Of a DNA stretch of 64,000 nt, positions 61,451 to 64,000 are shown in pieces (the stretch's first letter is position 1; each line of letters begins with the position of its first letter). This DNA comes from Narcine bancroftii. Lineage: Eukaryota. The notes under the pieces are model-generated. The model searched no databases. It worked only from the letters and a program-made list of their open reading frames with translations, and had not been told where the DNA came from. Made by a program: the position numbers and the translations under genes. The stretch covers positions 81,220,001-81,284,000 of the forward strand of contig NC_091477.1 of assembly GCF_036971445.1 (NCBI RefSeq), given 5' to 3'.

Positions 61451-64000
61451 TGCGGGCACACCTCTAGGCAGGTGAACCGGCCCCGCTTGTAATCCAGACC
61501 GCGGGGCAGCCTGCCAAAATAGCGCCGTAGGGGGTTTACCCTTCTTCTCAGCACAGGGTTCAGAAGCCTGTGCAGGGGGACCACGTGACACCCGGGTGAC
61601 ATCAGCACCCCTCAGCGCAGTTCTCAGCCAGGTCCGGGCTGGGAGTACAAGTCCAGCCCAGCAGCCTGCAATAAATCAGTTCTGCTCACTGAGCTCAACC
61701 CGTCTGGTTATGTGTTCTTTCAGTAGCAGTGTAGCTGCCACTACAATTGGTGACACTGACTGGTTCAAACATCTTTGAACCCATCATGAGCGAACCTGGG
61801 ATCACTGCTATAGCCGTCAAGCTGCCTGAATTCTGTGTTCAGGAGTCGGAGAGCTGGTTCGGCCACGTGGAGGCTCAGTTTCACCTCTGCCAGATTTCAT
61901 CTGACACGACCAAATTCTACCATGTGGTCGCTGCCCTGGACCAGGCCACCGCCAAGTGCATGCTGTACCTCATTCAGCACCCACCCGCCGAAGACAAATA
62001 CGAGACCATCAAGTGAGTGCTCACCAAATTCCTCGGACTAACCAGGCACCAGCGTGCCACTCGGATGCTGCACCTCGACACCCTGGGGGACAGGTCCCCA
62101 ATGGAGCTAATGGACGAGATGCTCACGCTCATGGGTGATCACACCAACTGCCCACTCTTCGAGTGCATTTTCCTCGATCATCTGCCCGAGGACATCCGGC
62201 CGTTACTGGCCCAAGAGAGCTTTACCGAGCCGAGGAAGGTTGCTCAGAAGGCCCAAGAGCTATGGCTCGAGCGATTCCCGGAGGGCTCGGCGGTCCAGCA
62301 GGTCACGAGGCACAGGCATGACCACAACAAGCACGACCCTAGCACTGAGGTAGAGCATCCGGCCCCTGCAGGGGCCACTAAGAGCATAACCAGGGTCACG
62401 GCATCCGCTCCAGGCCTCTGCTTCTACCACCAGCACTGGGGAGCCAAGGCTCAGAAGTGTCGTCAGCCCTGCTCATTCCAGGGAAACGAGCAGGCCGGCC
62501 GCTGTTAATGGCTGCGGCGGCTGGCCAAAGACACAGCCTCCTCTACCCACGGGACTCAGTCAGCGGCTGGCGGTTCCTCGTCAACAATGGGGTCCAGATC
62601 TGGAATTCTTCAGCCAGCTTCTCCGCCCACCAGAGCATAAGTATAGTGCTTTTGACTCTGAGTTACTGGGCATGTACCTGGCAGTGCGGCATTTCCACTA
62701 TTTCTTGGAGGGGAGGACTTTTACCATCTTCACTGACCACAAACCACTCATCCAGGCACTAGTGATGGCGAAGGACCCCTGGTCGGTCCACCAGCAGCGT
62801 CACCTCTCCGTGTCGGAATTTACCACCGACATTCGGCACAAGGCGGGGATGGTCAACGTGGTTGCCAATGCACTCTCACGACCGACCATCTGCGAGCTGA
62901 TGCCTGGCCTCGACTTCGACCAGCTCACCCGGGACCAGAAGACCGATGAGGAGACACGAGCCTTCAGGACTGCCATTACGGGCCTACAGTTCCGGGACCT
63001 CCCGACTCGGAGCGGTGGAAGCACCATCCTGTGTGATGTCTCCATGGGCACCCTGAGGCCAGTGGTTCCCCAGCAGTGGCGCAGGCAAGTCTTCCATCAC
63101 ATCCACGACCTTTCGCACCCTTCCATCTGGTCCACGGTCATGATGGTGGCACAGCGGTTCGTCTGGCACAGGCTGCGGAAGCAGATCACGGGCTGGGCCA
63201 GAACATGCACCCATTGGCAGATGTCCAAGGTACACAGGCACACCAAGGCGCCCGTGCATGTATTCAAGCATGTCCAGGAACGGTTCAGCCACATTCACGT
63301 GGACATAGTCGGGCCCTTACTCATTTGCCGGGGCAACCGTTACCTGTTCACGGTGGTGGACCACACCACTCGGTGGCCCAAGGAGATCCCAATGCCTCCA
63401 CGAACACCTGCTCCCGAGCACTGTTGCATGGTTGGGTCGCCTGGTTCGGTGTTCCGAATCACCTCACCAGTGATCGAGGTGCCCAGTTCACCTCTGCATT
63501 CTGGGCACAGCTCGCCAACAGGTTGGGGATCGAGCTACACCACAGCCTATCACACACAAGCCAATGGGCTGGTCGAGCGTCTGCACCGGCACCTTGAGTC
63601 AGCACTTATGGCCCCCCTTACCGGTCCCAACTGGGTGGACGAATTGCCTTGGGTGATCCTGGGCATCCGCTCCATGCCGAAGGAGGATCTGCAGGTGTCA
63701 TCAGTTGATCTGGTCTACAGCGCATCGCTGGCACTTCCTGTGAATTAATCAACGCACCTCACAACCCCCAGCAGTCTGTTTCCCCACCTCCAGACCCGCT
63801 GGGACTCCTCCGCAGAGACACGGAAAATGGCCATCTCACGTCCCCAGCGAGCTGCTTTCCGTAGAGTACGTTTTTATTCAGCGTGGCCCATCCATGGCAC
63901 CTCTGCAGAGACCTTATGAGGGGCCGTACAAGGTTGTCCAGCTTTCATGGTCTACGTTCACACTGGACATCGGCGGCAGGCAGGAACTGTTTACTGTGGA
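61451..64000 (+). mobile_element. CsRn1-like Gypsy element: 5' LTR, gag, partial PR/RH, integrase; RT deleted; runs off the window
   Basis: LTR 61451-61745; tRNA-Trp-like PBS TGGTGACACTGAC; gag AVKLPEF..WF..EAQF..TKFYHVV with CHCC finger CFYHQHWGAKAQKCRQPC; RH FTDHKPL; IN HIHVDIVGPL, YHTQANGLVER, RPYEGPYKV. Confidence 0.9.

Overview
Eukaryotic, repeat-dense DNA with no prokaryotic genes, RNA genes or CRISPR. The repeat repertoire (Rex1/Babar, CR1, L1, RTE, Penelope-derived pieces, V-SINE-type SINEs, Gypsy, ERV) suggests a cartilaginous-fish intron or intergenic region (inference). Nearly all predicted ORFs are decayed transposon ORFs or their antisense shadows. Main contents: (1) a 5'-truncated class III (ERV-L/ERV-S-like) endogenous retrovirus with a gamma-type env (506-6320); (2) two full-span but decayed Gypsy elements of one lineage (8134-13216 +, 42028-46716 -); (3) a CsRn1-like Gypsy with RT deleted, plus related solo LTRs; (4) two near-identical RTE LINE copies, one with a twin-priming 5' inversion; (5) Rex1, L1 and CR1 fragments and Harbinger, Tigger and hAT MITEs, often nested. 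The strongest candidate for an undescribed system is the Gypsy lineage in (2). Both elements have YLDN instead of YxDD in RT, written with different codons. Both lack a tRNA primer-binding site. In each, the sequence 1 nt after the 5' LTR is the reverse complement of the element's own LTR poly(A)-signal segment, which suggests self-priming and/or poly(A)-signal occlusion. A few short minus-strand exon candidates hint at a host gene, but I cannot identify it. All family assignments are from motif recognition by eye, not database searches.
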